Origin: Haloarculaceae archaeon
GTDB lineage: Archaea; Halobacteriota; Halobacteria; Halobacteriales; Haloarculaceae
Length of the DNA: 32,219 nucleotides
Assembly (NCBI GenBank): GCA_028274885.1
Contig: JAQCMX010000171.1
Location: 1-32,219, forward strand
Direction of reading: 5' to 3'
Made by a program: the position numbers and the translations under genes
The notes under the pieces: generated by a model
What the model was told of the DNA's origin: nothing
Databases searched by the model: none
What the model saw: only the letters and a program-made list of their open reading frames with translations
Shown here: piece after piece, positions 1 to 8,741 of the stretch
Layout: each line of letters starts with the position of its first letter
Position numbering within the stretch: the first letter of the stretch is position 1

Positions 1-70
1 CTCACAGCCAGCGGTTACGAGCTGGTCGGCAAGCGCTGACACTAAGCCAGTGGGCACACGAAAGGAGGGC

Positions 71-901
71 ATGGCAGACGTTGCACAGACGTTCGTGCCC
101 GGACACGTCACGGGCTTTTTTACCACCAACCCCGATCCGGACCCGACGAAAGCCGGTTCCCGAGGTGGCGGGATCACGCTGTCGGAGGGTGTGACCGTAA
201 CCGCACAGCCGGCCGAGGAGCCACGTGTCGTGTTGAACGGCGATGAGATCGGGATGGAAGCCGTCGAGCGGGTGTTGAAGACTATGGAGGTCCCGGCGGA
301 GATCCGCGGGGTGACGGATCTCCCGCTCGGCGCCGGGTTCGGCGTCTCGGGTGCGATGGCGCTTGGCGGGGCCGTGGCGGTCAACGATGTCTTCGACCGG
401 CGGCTCTCGGAAAACGAATTGATCACCATCGCACACGGGGCGGAGGTACAGGCCGGCACGGGCCTGGGTGATGTGGTGGCACAGGCCAGAGGGGGGATCC
501 CGATCCGTCTCGAACCGGGTGGGCCACAGGACAACAAAATCGACGCGATTCCGGCACGTAGCGCAATCGAGTATCACGTCATCGGTGGTCTGTCGACCGA
601 CGAGGTGCTCTCCGGGGACACGGAGCGACTCACGGAAGCCGGTAGGCAGGCGCTGTCCCGGGTGGTCGGGGAACCGACCCTTGAGACGTTCATGCGGGCG
701 TCACGCGAGTTCGCACGCGAATCCGGACTGTTGACCGACGCCGTTCGGGAGGTGATCACGGATGTCATCGAAGTGGAGGGCGAGGCTGCGATGGCGATGC
801 TCGGGGAGACGGTGATCGCACTCGACTCGGGGCTGTCGGAGGCAGGGTACGACGCCGAACACTGTCGTATCCATCCCGCGGGCGCGATCCTCGAACCCTG
901 A
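71..901 (+). CDS. pok: Pantoate kinase (GHMP kinase family), archaeal CoA biosynthesis
   Basis: N-terminal FVPGHVTGFF, GHMP loop LPLGAGFGVSGA, AEVQAGTGLGDV and AMLGET motifs. ATG at 71 follows AAGGAGG. Sits next to pps. Confidence 0.93.
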   Translation: MADVAQTFVPGHVTGFFTTNPDPDPTKAGSRGGGITLSEGVTVTAQPAEEPRVVLNGDEIGMEAVERVLKTMEVPAEIRGVTDLPLGAGFGVSGAMALGGAVAVNDVFDRRLSENELITIAHGAEVQAGTGLGDVVAQARGGIPIRLEPGGPQDNKIDAIPARSAIEYHVIGGLSTDEVLSGDTERLTEAGRQALSRVVGEPTLETFMRASREFARESGLLTDAVREVITDVIEVEGEAAMAMLGETVIALDSGLSEAGYDAEHCRIHPAGAILEP

Positions 902-1089
902 CGTGATCGTCACGAATCCGTACCGCCGTGACGACCTGTCTCGGTAAGAGGAGCCGCTGAACCGGTGTCGCTACCATTCATCAATAGTTGCAGGAATCAG
1001 CACGGGAGAGGCCACGGAGGGGGACGACTGCACCCGAGGTGTGAGAGGCACAACGACGGGCTTTCGTCGGTCGAGTGCGGTGGTCCGGT

Positions 1090-1842
1090 ATGAGCGAAAT
1101 CGAGATACCGGAGAGTCATCCCCGGTACGAGTCGTTGCTGACGCGCCACCGTATCGAGACGGGCGTCGAGAAGGGGATCACGAGCCAGCAGGGGTTGATC
1201 GCACAGGGGCGTGGCGAGACGTTTGACTACCTGCTCGGGGAGCGAACACTTTCGAGCGCCGACGAGGCCGCACGTGTGGGTGCCACACATCTGTTGCGTG
1301 CAAAGCGCCCGGTCCTCTCGGTCAACGGCAACGTTGCCGCACTGGTCCCCGAGGAGACGGTCGAACTCGGGGAGGCGGTGGGTGCGGACATCGAGGTGAA
1401 TCTGTTCAATCGGACACCGGAACGGATGGAAGCGATCGCGACACACCTCCGGGAACACGGCGCCGAGTCGGTGAAAGGTCTGGAGGCCGACGCCCGGATT
1501 CCCGGGCTCGACCACGAGCGGGCAAAGGTCGATGCCGACGGGATCCACGCGGCCGACGTGGTCCTCGTGCCACTGGAAGACGGCGACCGGGCAGAGGCAC
1601 TCGCCGCGACGGGCAAAACGGAGATTGTCGTCGACCTCAACCCGCTCTCTCGATCCGCACAGAGCGCATCGGTCCCGATCGTGGACAATATCATCCGGGC
1701 GATTCCGAACGTAACCGCCCACGCTCGGGAGTTGCGTGACTCTTCAGCGGACCTCGAAGCAATCATAGAGGCGTTCGATCCGAAAGCGACACTCGCAGAC
1801 GCCGAACGAGCGATCCGTGAGGGACAGCTTGAGGGGATGTAG
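1090..1842 (+). CDS. pps: 4-phosphopantoate--beta-alanine ligase (phosphopantothenate synthetase)
   Basis: IPESHPRYESL, AQGRGETFDYLLGE, SVNGN, VPLEDGDR and DLNPLSRS motifs typical of archaeal PPS. Start taken at ATG 1090. Confidence 0.93.
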   Translation: MSEIEIPESHPRYESLLTRHRIETGVEKGITSQQGLIAQGRGETFDYLLGERTLSSADEAARVGATHLLRAKRPVLSVNGNVAALVPEETVELGEAVGADIEVNLFNRTPERMEAIATHLREHGAESVKGLEADARIPGLDHERAKVDADGIHAADVVLVPLEDGDRAEALAATGKTEIVVDLNPLSRSAQSASVPIVDNIIRAIPNVTAHARELRDSSADLEAIIEAFDPKATLADAERAIREGQLEGM

Positions 1843-1949
1843 CGCCCCGGTTGGTACCACCCGATCTGATCCCGCAGTCGATGTGCCAGAACGCTGTTTT
1901 CGGTAAAATGGACCGGAGAGTTTACACCCCAGGCTACCCACACCGAAGT

Positions 1950-2594
1950 ATGGGCTTTGAGGTCGACGTTCGGAAACTCGATCTGTTCAACAAGATATCC
2001 AAGGAGGGCTCGAAACGGGTCGCCGAGAGCCTGAGCCAGATGTCGGGACTGGATGCAGAGACCGAGGTGGCAAAGATCAATCTGATGCATATGGACGACG
2101 TAAAAACTCACCTGGGCACAGAAAAACAGGTCGGAATCCACGTCCAGCTGACGGGGCGGCCGTACGGGTACGTCCTCTTTTTGCTCGATCCGGTCGATAG
2201 CAAGCAACTCGCACAGTCGATGATCCCCGGCGAAGGAAGCGAGAGCGGCGGGTTCTCCGAGATGGAACGCTCCGCGATCCAGGAGATCGGCAACATCATG
2301 ACCTCGGGATACATCGACGGATGGGCGAACGTGCTGGATACGACCATCGATATGAGTACGCCAAACTTCACCTACGGTCCGAGCCACAGGATAATAGAGA
2401 AGATGGGCGGCTGGCCCGACGAGGAGATCGTCTTCGTGCTCGACTCCAAGATCACGACCACGGAAACTGACGTCGATCTGACGGTGTACACGTTCCCGAA
2501 GATCCGCGAACTCGTCGATCTGGTCAGGGCAATCGACCTGGACACCGATGTTCGCGAGGACATCGTCGCCGACAGCAGTATCACGAAAAACTAG
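1950..2594 (+). CDS. cheC: CheC-family chemotaxis phosphatase (stand-alone copy)
   Basis: SAIQEIGNIMTSGYIDGWANVL matches the CheC S/DxxxExxN signature, followed by IDMSTP. Start taken at ATG 1950 (MGFEVDVRKL). Confidence 0.85.
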   Translation: MGFEVDVRKLDLFNKISKEGSKRVAESLSQMSGLDAETEVAKINLMHMDDVKTHLGTEKQVGIHVQLTGRPYGYVLFLLDPVDSKQLAQSMIPGEGSESGGFSEMERSAIQEIGNIMTSGYIDGWANVLDTTIDMSTPNFTYGPSHRIIEKMGGWPDEEIVFVLDSKITTTETDVDLTVYTFPKIRELVDLVRAIDLDTDVREDIVADSSITKN

Positions 2595-2619
2595 CTCGCG
2601 CTCGCTCCGAGTTCGTCTG

Positions 2620-3135
2620 TCACTCGGCCCCACCTGTCACGCCCTCGGCGACCCGTTTGATCGTCTCGTACTCCTCGTCACTGTAGGCGATCAGGCGGAC
2701 GTCCGAGAGCGACTCCGGGCTGTAAGCCTGGATACCGTCACCGATAATCCGCGCGCCCTCGGCGAGAGCAAAGCCAGCAACACCACAGCCAAGCGCAGGC
2801 ATGACGAGTGACTCGGCACCCAGTTCGTCCGCGCGTCGGAGTGTGTTCCGGGTTGCGTCTGCGATGCTCTCGGCGGTGGCCCTGCCGTCGCCGTAATGTG
2901 GCATCGCGGCCGCGTGGATGACCCACGCTGCATCGAGTGCGTAGGCGTCGGTCACCGCCACCGCACCCAGGTCGACAGGTCCTTTCTCGACAGCTTCCTC
3001 GTTTATTTCCTGGCCTGCCTTGCGACGGAGCGCCCCCGCGACGCCAGAACCCATCTGGAGGCTCGTCCCGGCGGCGTTTACGAGCACGTCTGCGGACTCC
3101 TCTGCAATATCCCCCTGAATCACCTCAAAGTCCAT
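2620..3135 (-). CDS. Macrodomain (Appr-1''-p processing / ADP-ribose-binding) protein
   Basis: VIQGDI, VLVNAAG..L.MGSGVAGAL, VIHAA and PALGCGVAG motifs. Start taken at ATG 3135. Confidence 0.9.
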   Translation of the reverse strand: MDFEVIQGDIAEESADVLVNAAGTSLQMGSGVAGALRRKAGQEINEEAVEKGPVDLGAVAVTDAYALDAAWVIHAAAMPHYGDGRATAESIADATRNTLRRADELGAESLVMPALGCGVAGFALAEGARIIGDGIQAYSPESLSDVRLIAYSDEEYETIKRVAEGVTGGAE

Positions 3136-3220
3136 GTGTCGGTGATCGACCGCCCGAACAATGAAACTACGGGCCCACAGTATCAAAAGATTGAATTGCC
3201 AAAGCAGCAAGCGTTTGCCA

Positions 3221-6200
3221 ATGGGGGATTGTCTGCCCTATCTGTGTAGGGACACCGAGATGACCGAACGGGTCATCAGCGAACTCTCGGAACTGGAGAC
3301 AGTACCGACAGTTCGGACCGTGCAGGACGGGGAGGAGGCGTCGACTGCGCTCCGTGAAGCGACCGTCGACCGGGTGCTCGTGGGACCCGAGATCACATTC
3401 GAGGCCGTTGAGGGGCTACTCCCACAACTCCGGGAACGGCCAGCCGTGAGGGTGCTCTCGTACGGCCGCGAGGACGACGGGTGGATTCCGGACGGCCTGG
3501 AAGGTCGGGTGGAGTCGGTAGCGGGGGAAAGCGACGACGCTCTCGCCGTCCGGGTGGCCCACGCCATCGAGAGAGACATTCTCCAGGAACGCACCCGACA
3601 GGCCGAGCGCACAGCAGCGCTCTCGGAAACTCTCGGGGCCGAACTCGCGCGGGCACAAACCCGCGAGGAAATCGACGAAACGGTATGCGAGGCAGTTCTG
3701 GCGTGTGAGCCATACGAGTTCGTATGGATCGGCCAACACCGAGCAGACGGACACATTGTCCCGCGGGCGGGGGCAGGCAACCGGGCTGAACAACTCGACG
3801 AGATCGATATCAGCACGAACAGAGGCCAGGACCCTGGGCCGACAGAGCGGGCCGTACAGACTGGGTGTGTCCAGAGGGAACAACACGTCGCTGCCAATCC
3901 GGCCAGCGAACCCCCGTTCGAGTGGATGAGCGAGCACGGGGCCGTCTCGATCGCTGCCGTCCCACTCGCGTGTGACGGGGGGTCATACGGCGTATTAAAT
4001 ATCCACGCAGACCGGACAGACGCATTCGACGTTGGCCGTCTCGAACAGCTCGGGGAGCGAATCGCCGCGGCTCACGCGCGGGTCACCAGAACGGACGAAC
4101 TCGAACTGAACGGCTCTCGCTTTCGGACCTTTTTCGAGGAGTGTCCCGACGCCATCTTTGTCCACGACGAAACCGGAAGTATTCTCGAGGTGAACAAACG
4201 AGCAGTCGAGACGCTTGGCTATCCGCGCGAGCAGTTGTGTTCGATGGGTTTGAGCGACATCGAGACGACCCACGATCCCGAACAGACACAGGAGACGTGG
4301 CAGCAACAAACGGTTGGGGAGACGGTCACGATGGATGGGACCCAGGAGCGCAAGGACGGGTCGACCTTTCCGGTCGAGATCTGGGTTACCAAACTCGAGG
4401 TCAGCGGGGAGATCAGGTTTCTCGCCGTCGTCAGGGACATTACCCGCCAGCGACAACGGGAGCGGAAGCTTCAACGGCTCACCGAGCGACTGGAACTCGC
4501 CATCGAGGGAGCCACACTCGGCGTGTGGGACTGGAATCTCCAGACCGGCAAGATAGAGTTCAACGACCAGTGGGCGGAGATGCTCGGCTACTCGCCGTCG
4601 GAAATCGAACCGCACATCGACGCCTGGGAACAGCGAATCCATCAGGACGACATGCCTGATGTGGATGCGGAAATCGAAGCACACATAGCCGGAGAGACGG
4701 ACTATTATGCCTCGGAACATCGTCTACAGACGGCCTCCGGCGGATGGAAATGGGTCCAGTCTATCGGGGAAATCGTCGACCGCGACGATGACGGGACACC
4801 ACGTCGTGCGGTCGGCATTCACATCGACATCGACGAGCGAAAGGAATACGAAACGGAACTCGTGCAGGCCCGTGCCGAGTTGCGGCAGGTGATCGACATG
4901 GTCCCGGACCTGATATTTGCGAAAAACGAGGCGGGTGAGTACATCCTCGCCAACGAGACGACCGCGGGGTATTACGGGTTGACGTCCGAAGAGGTGGAAG
5001 GCAAAACCGACCGGGACGTGCTCCCATCCGCCGAGGACGCGGAGAGGTTCCGTGCGCACGACCGGGAGATACTGGACGGTGGGGAGCCGAGACACGTCGG
5101 GGAGGAGACGATGATGACTGCTGAAGGGGACGAGCGGATCCTCCAGACGACAAGGATCCCCTACGAGACCGCCGGGACCGGCGAGGAGGCGATACTTGGA
5201 TACGCCCGGGACGTGACCGAGCTGAGAACGTACGAACGGGAGCTGCAGCGATACAAGGAACTGGTCGAAAACGTGCCGGTGGGGATCTACCGGTCGACCG
5301 CCGACACACCCGGGGAGTTCGTCGAGGTGAACCCGGCGACGGTTGCGATGTTCGACGCCGATTCCGCCGAGGAGTTGCTCTCGACGGACGTAGAGCAGCT
5401 GTTCACCGATCCCGAGGACCGCAATGTGTTTGTCGAACGTCTCAGAGACCGCGGGATCCTCACCGAGGTCGAAGTAAAACTCGAGACACTCACCGGGGAA
5501 CCATTCTGGGGCTTGATAACCGCGATTGCCACGCACGACGACGGGACGGCGTACTTCGACGGGGTGTTGCAAGACATTACCGAACGCAAGGAGTTCGAGC
5601 AGAGACTTCAGGAGCAACGTGACAACCTCGAGGTGCTCAATCAGGTCGTGCGCCACGACATCCGCAACGATCTACAGATCGTGTTGAGTTACGCAGACGC
5701 ACTCGAAAGGCAACTCGACGATGGTGGGAACGACTATATCGGGAAGATACTCGACAGTACCCGCAGTGCGATCGAAATAACCGACAGTGCACGCGAGGTT
5801 GCCGAGGCCATGCTACAGGCCGAAGCAGATCTGAAGCCGGTCAACTGCCGGTACGTTCTGGAAAACGAAATCTCGGAGATACGGGACACCTACGATACCG
5901 CGCTTGTCACGACTGACGGTCCCGTTCCGGACATCCGGGTGCAAGCCGACGATATGCTCGAATCCGTGTTTCGGAATCTACTCACCAACGCCATCGAGCA
6001 CAACGACAAGGAGATCCCCAAGATAACTGTCTCGGCAACCAGGCGCGGTGACAACGTCGTCATAACCGTTGCGGACAACGGACCGGGGATCGCCGACGAA
6101 CGAAAAGCCGAGATATTCGAGGAAGGGAAGCAGGGACTCGACAGCAGCGGAACCGGACTCGGACTGTATCTGGTTCACACACTGGTCAAACGGTACGGCG

Positions 6201-6310
6201 GTGACGTGTCGGTCGAAGATAGCGCGTCCACAACCGGGGCCGACGAAGCCCTCGGCGGGGCAGTATTTTCCCTCGAATTACCGATTGCCAGCGGCCAACA
6301 CAACAGGTGA
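3221..6310 (+). CDS. Soluble sensor histidine kinase: degenerate REC-like, GAF, four PAS/PAC, HisKA and HATPase domains
   Basis: H-box RHDIRNDL, N-box [11 protein letters not shown]1 DNGPGI, G2 GTGLGL. Four PAS starts ([42 protein letters not shown]). GAF segment [13 protein letters not shown]. No transmembrane segment. Start uncertain (3221 or 3260). Confidence 0.9.
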   Translation: MGDCLPYLCRDTEMTERVISELSELETVPTVRTVQDGEEASTALREATVDRVLVGPEITFEAVEGLLPQLRERPAVRVLSYGREDDGWIPDGLEGRVESVAGESDDALAVRVAHAIERDILQERTRQAERTAALSETLGAELARAQTREEIDETVCEAVLACEPYEFVWIGQHRADGHIVPRAGAGNRAEQLDEIDISTNRGQDPGPTERAVQTGCVQREQHVAANPASEPPFEWMSEHGAVSIAAVPLACDGGSYGVLNIHADRTDAFDVGRLEQLGERIAAAHARVTRTDELELNGSRFRTFFEECPDAIFVHDETGSILEVNKRAVETLGYPREQLCSMGLSDIETTHDPEQTQETWQQQTVGETVTMDGTQERKDGSTFPVEIWVTKLEVSGEIRFLAVVRDITRQRQRERKLQRLTERLELAIEGATLGVWDWNLQTGKIEFNDQWAEMLGYSPSEIEPHIDAWEQRIHQDDMPDVDAEIEAHIAGETDYYASEHRLQTASGGWKWVQSIGEIVDRDDDGTPRRAVGIHIDIDERKEYETELVQARAELRQVIDMVPDLIFAKNEAGEYILANETTAGYYGLTSEEVEGKTDRDVLPSAEDAERFRAHDREILDGGEPRHVGEETMMTAEGDERILQTTRIPYETAGTGEEAILGYARDVTELRTYERELQRYKELVENVPVGIYRSTADTPGEFVEVNPATVAMFDADSAEELLSTDVEQLFTDPEDRNVFVERLRDRGILTEVEVKLETLTGEPFWGLITAIATHDDGTAYFDGVLQDITERKEFEQRLQEQRDNLEVLNQVVRHDIRNDLQIVLSYADALERQLDDGGNDYIGKILDSTRSAIEITDSAREVAEAMLQAEADLKPVNCRYVLENEISEIRDTYDTALVTTDGPVPDIRVQADDMLESVFRNLLTNAIEHNDKEIPKITVSATRRGDNVVITVADNGPGIADERKAEIFEEGKQGLDSSGTGLGLYLVHTLVKRYGGDVSVEDSASTTGADEALGGAVFSLELPIASGQHNR

Positions 6311-6368
6311 GTTGTTCGTCGGCAGGGCAAACGCAAGCGATAAGCGGCGGTCAGTCGAACGCTGGCAC

Positions 6369-7403
6369 ATGATCGAGGTCGCTGTCAACGGGTACGGGAC
6401 GATCGGAAAACGTGTTGCGGACGCGGTGTGCAAGCAGCCAGACATGCGGGTCGCCGGCGTGGCCAAGACGAGGCCGAACTTCGAGGCAAGCGCCGCTGTA
6501 AAAAAAGGGTTCGACCTGTATGCTGCCATCGAAGAGCGGAAACATCGCTTCGAGGAGGCGGGGATAGAGATCGCCGGCGAGGTCACAGAGCTGGTGGAAA
6601 AAAGTGATGTCGTCGTGGACGCCTGTCCCTCCGGAGTCGGGGCGGACAACGTGTCGATGTACCGACGGTACGACACGCCGGCGTTGTTACAAGGCGGCGA
6701 GGACGCGGAGGCGGTCGATGCGAGTTTCAACGCCCGTGCGAACTTCGAGGCGGTCGCAGGGGCTGATATCGTTCGTGTCGTATCGTGTAACACGACCGGC
6801 CTCTCCCGCTTGATCGCACCGCTTCGTGAGGCCTACGGGGTTCGAAAGGTCCGTGTGACGCTCGTTCGCCGGGGGGGTGATCCCGCACAGTCAAACCGTG
6901 GCCCGATCAACGACATCCTCCCGAACCCCGTGTCATTGCCGTCACACCACGGCCCGGACGTAAACACGATCTTTCCCGATCTGTCGATCGACACGTTGGG
7001 ACTGAAGGTTCCAGCGACGCTGATGCATATGCATAGCGTCAACGTTACGCTCGGTTCGCAGCCAAACGCCGAGGCGGTCCGTGAACTGCTCGAAGCGGAA
7101 CGGCGAACCTTCGTGATCCCGGAGTGGCTCGGCCTGGAGGGGGCAGGCGCGATCACGGAACTCGCACAGGACGCCGGCCGGCCGCGCGGGGATATCTGGG
7201 AGAACTGTATCTGGGGCGAATCACTCTCGATGGTGGGGCCGGATCTGTACCTGTTTCAGGCGATCCACCAGGAGTCGGATGTCGTGCCCGAAAATGTCGA
7301 CGCGATCCGCGCGGTACTCGAGACGACATCGCGGGAACGGAGCGTCGAGAGAACCAACGCGGCCATGGGGTTGGACGAACCGCTCACGCCCACTCGTATG
7401 TGA
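6369..7403 (+). CDS. gap: Archaeal type II glyceraldehyde-3-phosphate dehydrogenase
   Basis: [17 protein letters not shown] Rossmann start, catalytic [29 protein letters not shown]. Confidence 0.95.
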   Translation: MIEVAVNGYGTIGKRVADAVCKQPDMRVAGVAKTRPNFEASAAVKKGFDLYAAIEERKHRFEEAGIEIAGEVTELVEKSDVVVDACPSGVGADNVSMYRRYDTPALLQGGEDAEAVDASFNARANFEAVAGADIVRVVSCNTTGLSRLIAPLREAYGVRKVRVTLVRRGGDPAQSNRGPINDILPNPVSLPSHHGPDVNTIFPDLSIDTLGLKVPATLMHMHSVNVTLGSQPNAEAVRELLEAERRTFVIPEWLGLEGAGAITELAQDAGRPRGDIWENCIWGESLSMVGPDLYLFQAIHQESDVVPENVDAIRAVLETTSRERSVERTNAAMGLDEPLTPTRM

Positions 7404-7468
7404 CCATCTGTGGTGTACCGGGACAGTCCCCGCTGGCCACACATTGGACGGGACGGGTAGGTCGGATC

Positions 7469-7756
7469 TTACAGGGAAACGTGATCGTGACCCTGCTCGC
7501 CAGGACAGCACGGGTCACGGTCGCTGTACCCCTTGCGCCCGATGGCATCCTCGCCGAGCGCACCGTAGGTTGCGAATCGGAGGTCTTCCTCGGTCGCGTA
7601 CTCCTCGTCCGGAAACGGATCGAGAACCTCACTCAGTGTTACCGCGCCATTTGGCAGTTCCACCTCCACGTCACCGTGCTCTTCGAGAAACTCTGTTTTC
7701 GTCGTCGGGAACGACTGATCGGTAAACGACTCCTCTGCGCTTTTTGCCATTCTCAT
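7469..7756 (-). CDS. Small acidic haloarchaeal conserved protein (DUF5789-like)
   Basis: FPTTKTEFLEEHGD.EVELPNG and C-terminal AIGRKGYSDRDP resemble a common haloarchaeal family. TATA-like TTTATT lies about 25-30 nt upstream on the minus strand. Start 7756 or 7750. Family name recalled, not searched. Confidence 0.75.
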   Translation of the reverse strand: MRMAKSAEESFTDQSFPTTKTEFLEEHGDVEVELPNGAVTLSEVLDPFPDEEYATEEDLRFATYGALGEDAIGRKGYSDRDPCCPGEQGHDHVSL

Positions 7757-7966
7757 ACCTACACCATGTGAAGCGGTGGTAATAAACTTCACTATTTATA
7801 ATTTAGTTATCCCCTAGTTCGTTTAGTGTGTTTAAACAACACGGGCGTCGGCCCTAAGACGGGGGTCAGTTCTATCCGAAACGGCCGGTCGGATGCCACA
7901 GTCCCCGGACGGTACCGACCGTTTGTTACCAGCATGCTCTCGGCTGGGCTCACGAACAGGGGCGCT

Positions 7967-8010
7967 ATGGCATGAGATGGTATTGGATGGTATCAAACGC
8001 AACGCTTATA
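7967..8010 (+). promoter_or_regulatory. Three ATGGYAT direct repeats at 10-bp spacing followed by a BRE/TATA-like element
   Basis: ATGGCAT 7967-7973, ATGGTAT 7977-7983, ATGGTAT 7987-7993, then AACGCTTATA 8001-8010, about 30 nt before ATG 8039. Confidence 0.55.
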
Positions 8011-8038
8011 CGAGGTGCGCGGTTTATTGTAGTATAGG

Positions 8039-8569
8039 ATGTTTGACTACACAACACCGGTCACCATGAGCTTCGGGATGCAGCGCCAAGCGATCGAACA
8101 GACGCAGGAAGCGATCCAGCAGAGTGTCGACTTCCAGAATCAGTTGACACAGGCGATGGCCGACGGACTCGAAAATCAGGAGTCAGTCCAGCGACGTGCC
8201 GTCGAGGCTCAGCAGGACGCCGTTCACAGCGCCCTCGATACGATGATGGCAGGCGTGCCCGGGGCCGACGCCACAGTCGAGGAGATGAAAGACACCGTAG
8301 ACGAAAGCTACGACCAACTCCTCGCCGGTCACGAACAGGCCTTCGACGAGATGTTCGCCGAACTGGATGCCGCAGTGGAGAGCAACGATGAGATAACCAG
8401 CGAATATCTAACTGCACTCGAAGAGCAGGTCGACATGTTTGTGCAAGCCCACGAGGACCTCGAGGCCCAGTCAATCGAGGTTGTCGACCAGGCAGCCGAG
8501 CAAGTCGACGAGATCCAGTCCCAGGTCGAGGAGATGGCCGAGGAAGCAACTGACGCGGTCAACGCATAG
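8039..8569 (+). CDS. Acidic all-helical protein resembling haloarchaeal phasin (PhaP-like, PHA granule-associated)
   Basis: 176 aa, Q/E/A-rich and amphipathic. Pattern F.MQRQAIEQ.Q..IQQSVDFQ...QESVQRRAVE...ALD....VPG resembles haloarchaeal PhaP as I recall it. Coding status is secure; the function is inferred. Confidence 0.6.
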   Translation: MFDYTTPVTMSFGMQRQAIEQTQEAIQQSVDFQNQLTQAMADGLENQESVQRRAVEAQQDAVHSALDTMMAGVPGADATVEEMKDTVDESYDQLLAGHEQAFDEMFAELDAAVESNDEITSEYLTALEEQVDMFVQAHEDLEAQSIEVVDQAAEQVDEIQSQVEEMAEEATDAVNA

Positions 8570-8741
8570 CTTCTTCAGGCGAAATCAACAGAACGGATTT
8601 TGTATTCGTTGCCTTCTCATTCTCCCTGTTTTATCTTTCTGACGGACACCTGCGGGCCCCGGCAGAGCCCGTGTTCGACGACCCCTGGCCTATAACCACG
8701 GAGTAGACATCGTTTTGAGTGTCGAGTAGCTACAACGGGGT

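Noticed and set aside
907-934. 8-bp inverted repeat TCGTCACG/CGTGACGA after pok
   Set aside because: A single short hairpin with no T tract and no second copy. It may be a terminator but is not distinguishable from chance.
1227-2633. 468-aa minus-strand ORF, plus other long antisense or alternate-frame ORFs (e.g. 4724-5656, 8730-9653, 19789-21039, 20640-21641, 22084-23055, 26689-27609)
   Set aside because: They overlap well-supported genes, are Arg/Ser/Pro-rich rather than acidic and carry no motifs. These are shadow ORFs expected in GC-rich DNA.
6069-6368. Upstream extensions of gap, and likewise of cheC, the macrodomain gene, SDR, gatB, nmd3, mscS and the Zn-ribbon gene, in the ORF track
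   Set aside because: Family motifs begin at downstream start codons, many of which have TATA-like elements at leaderless distance.
6311-6368. Expected TrmB site (TACT-N7-8-GAGTA) upstream of gap
   Set aside because: No such motif is present in this intergenic region.
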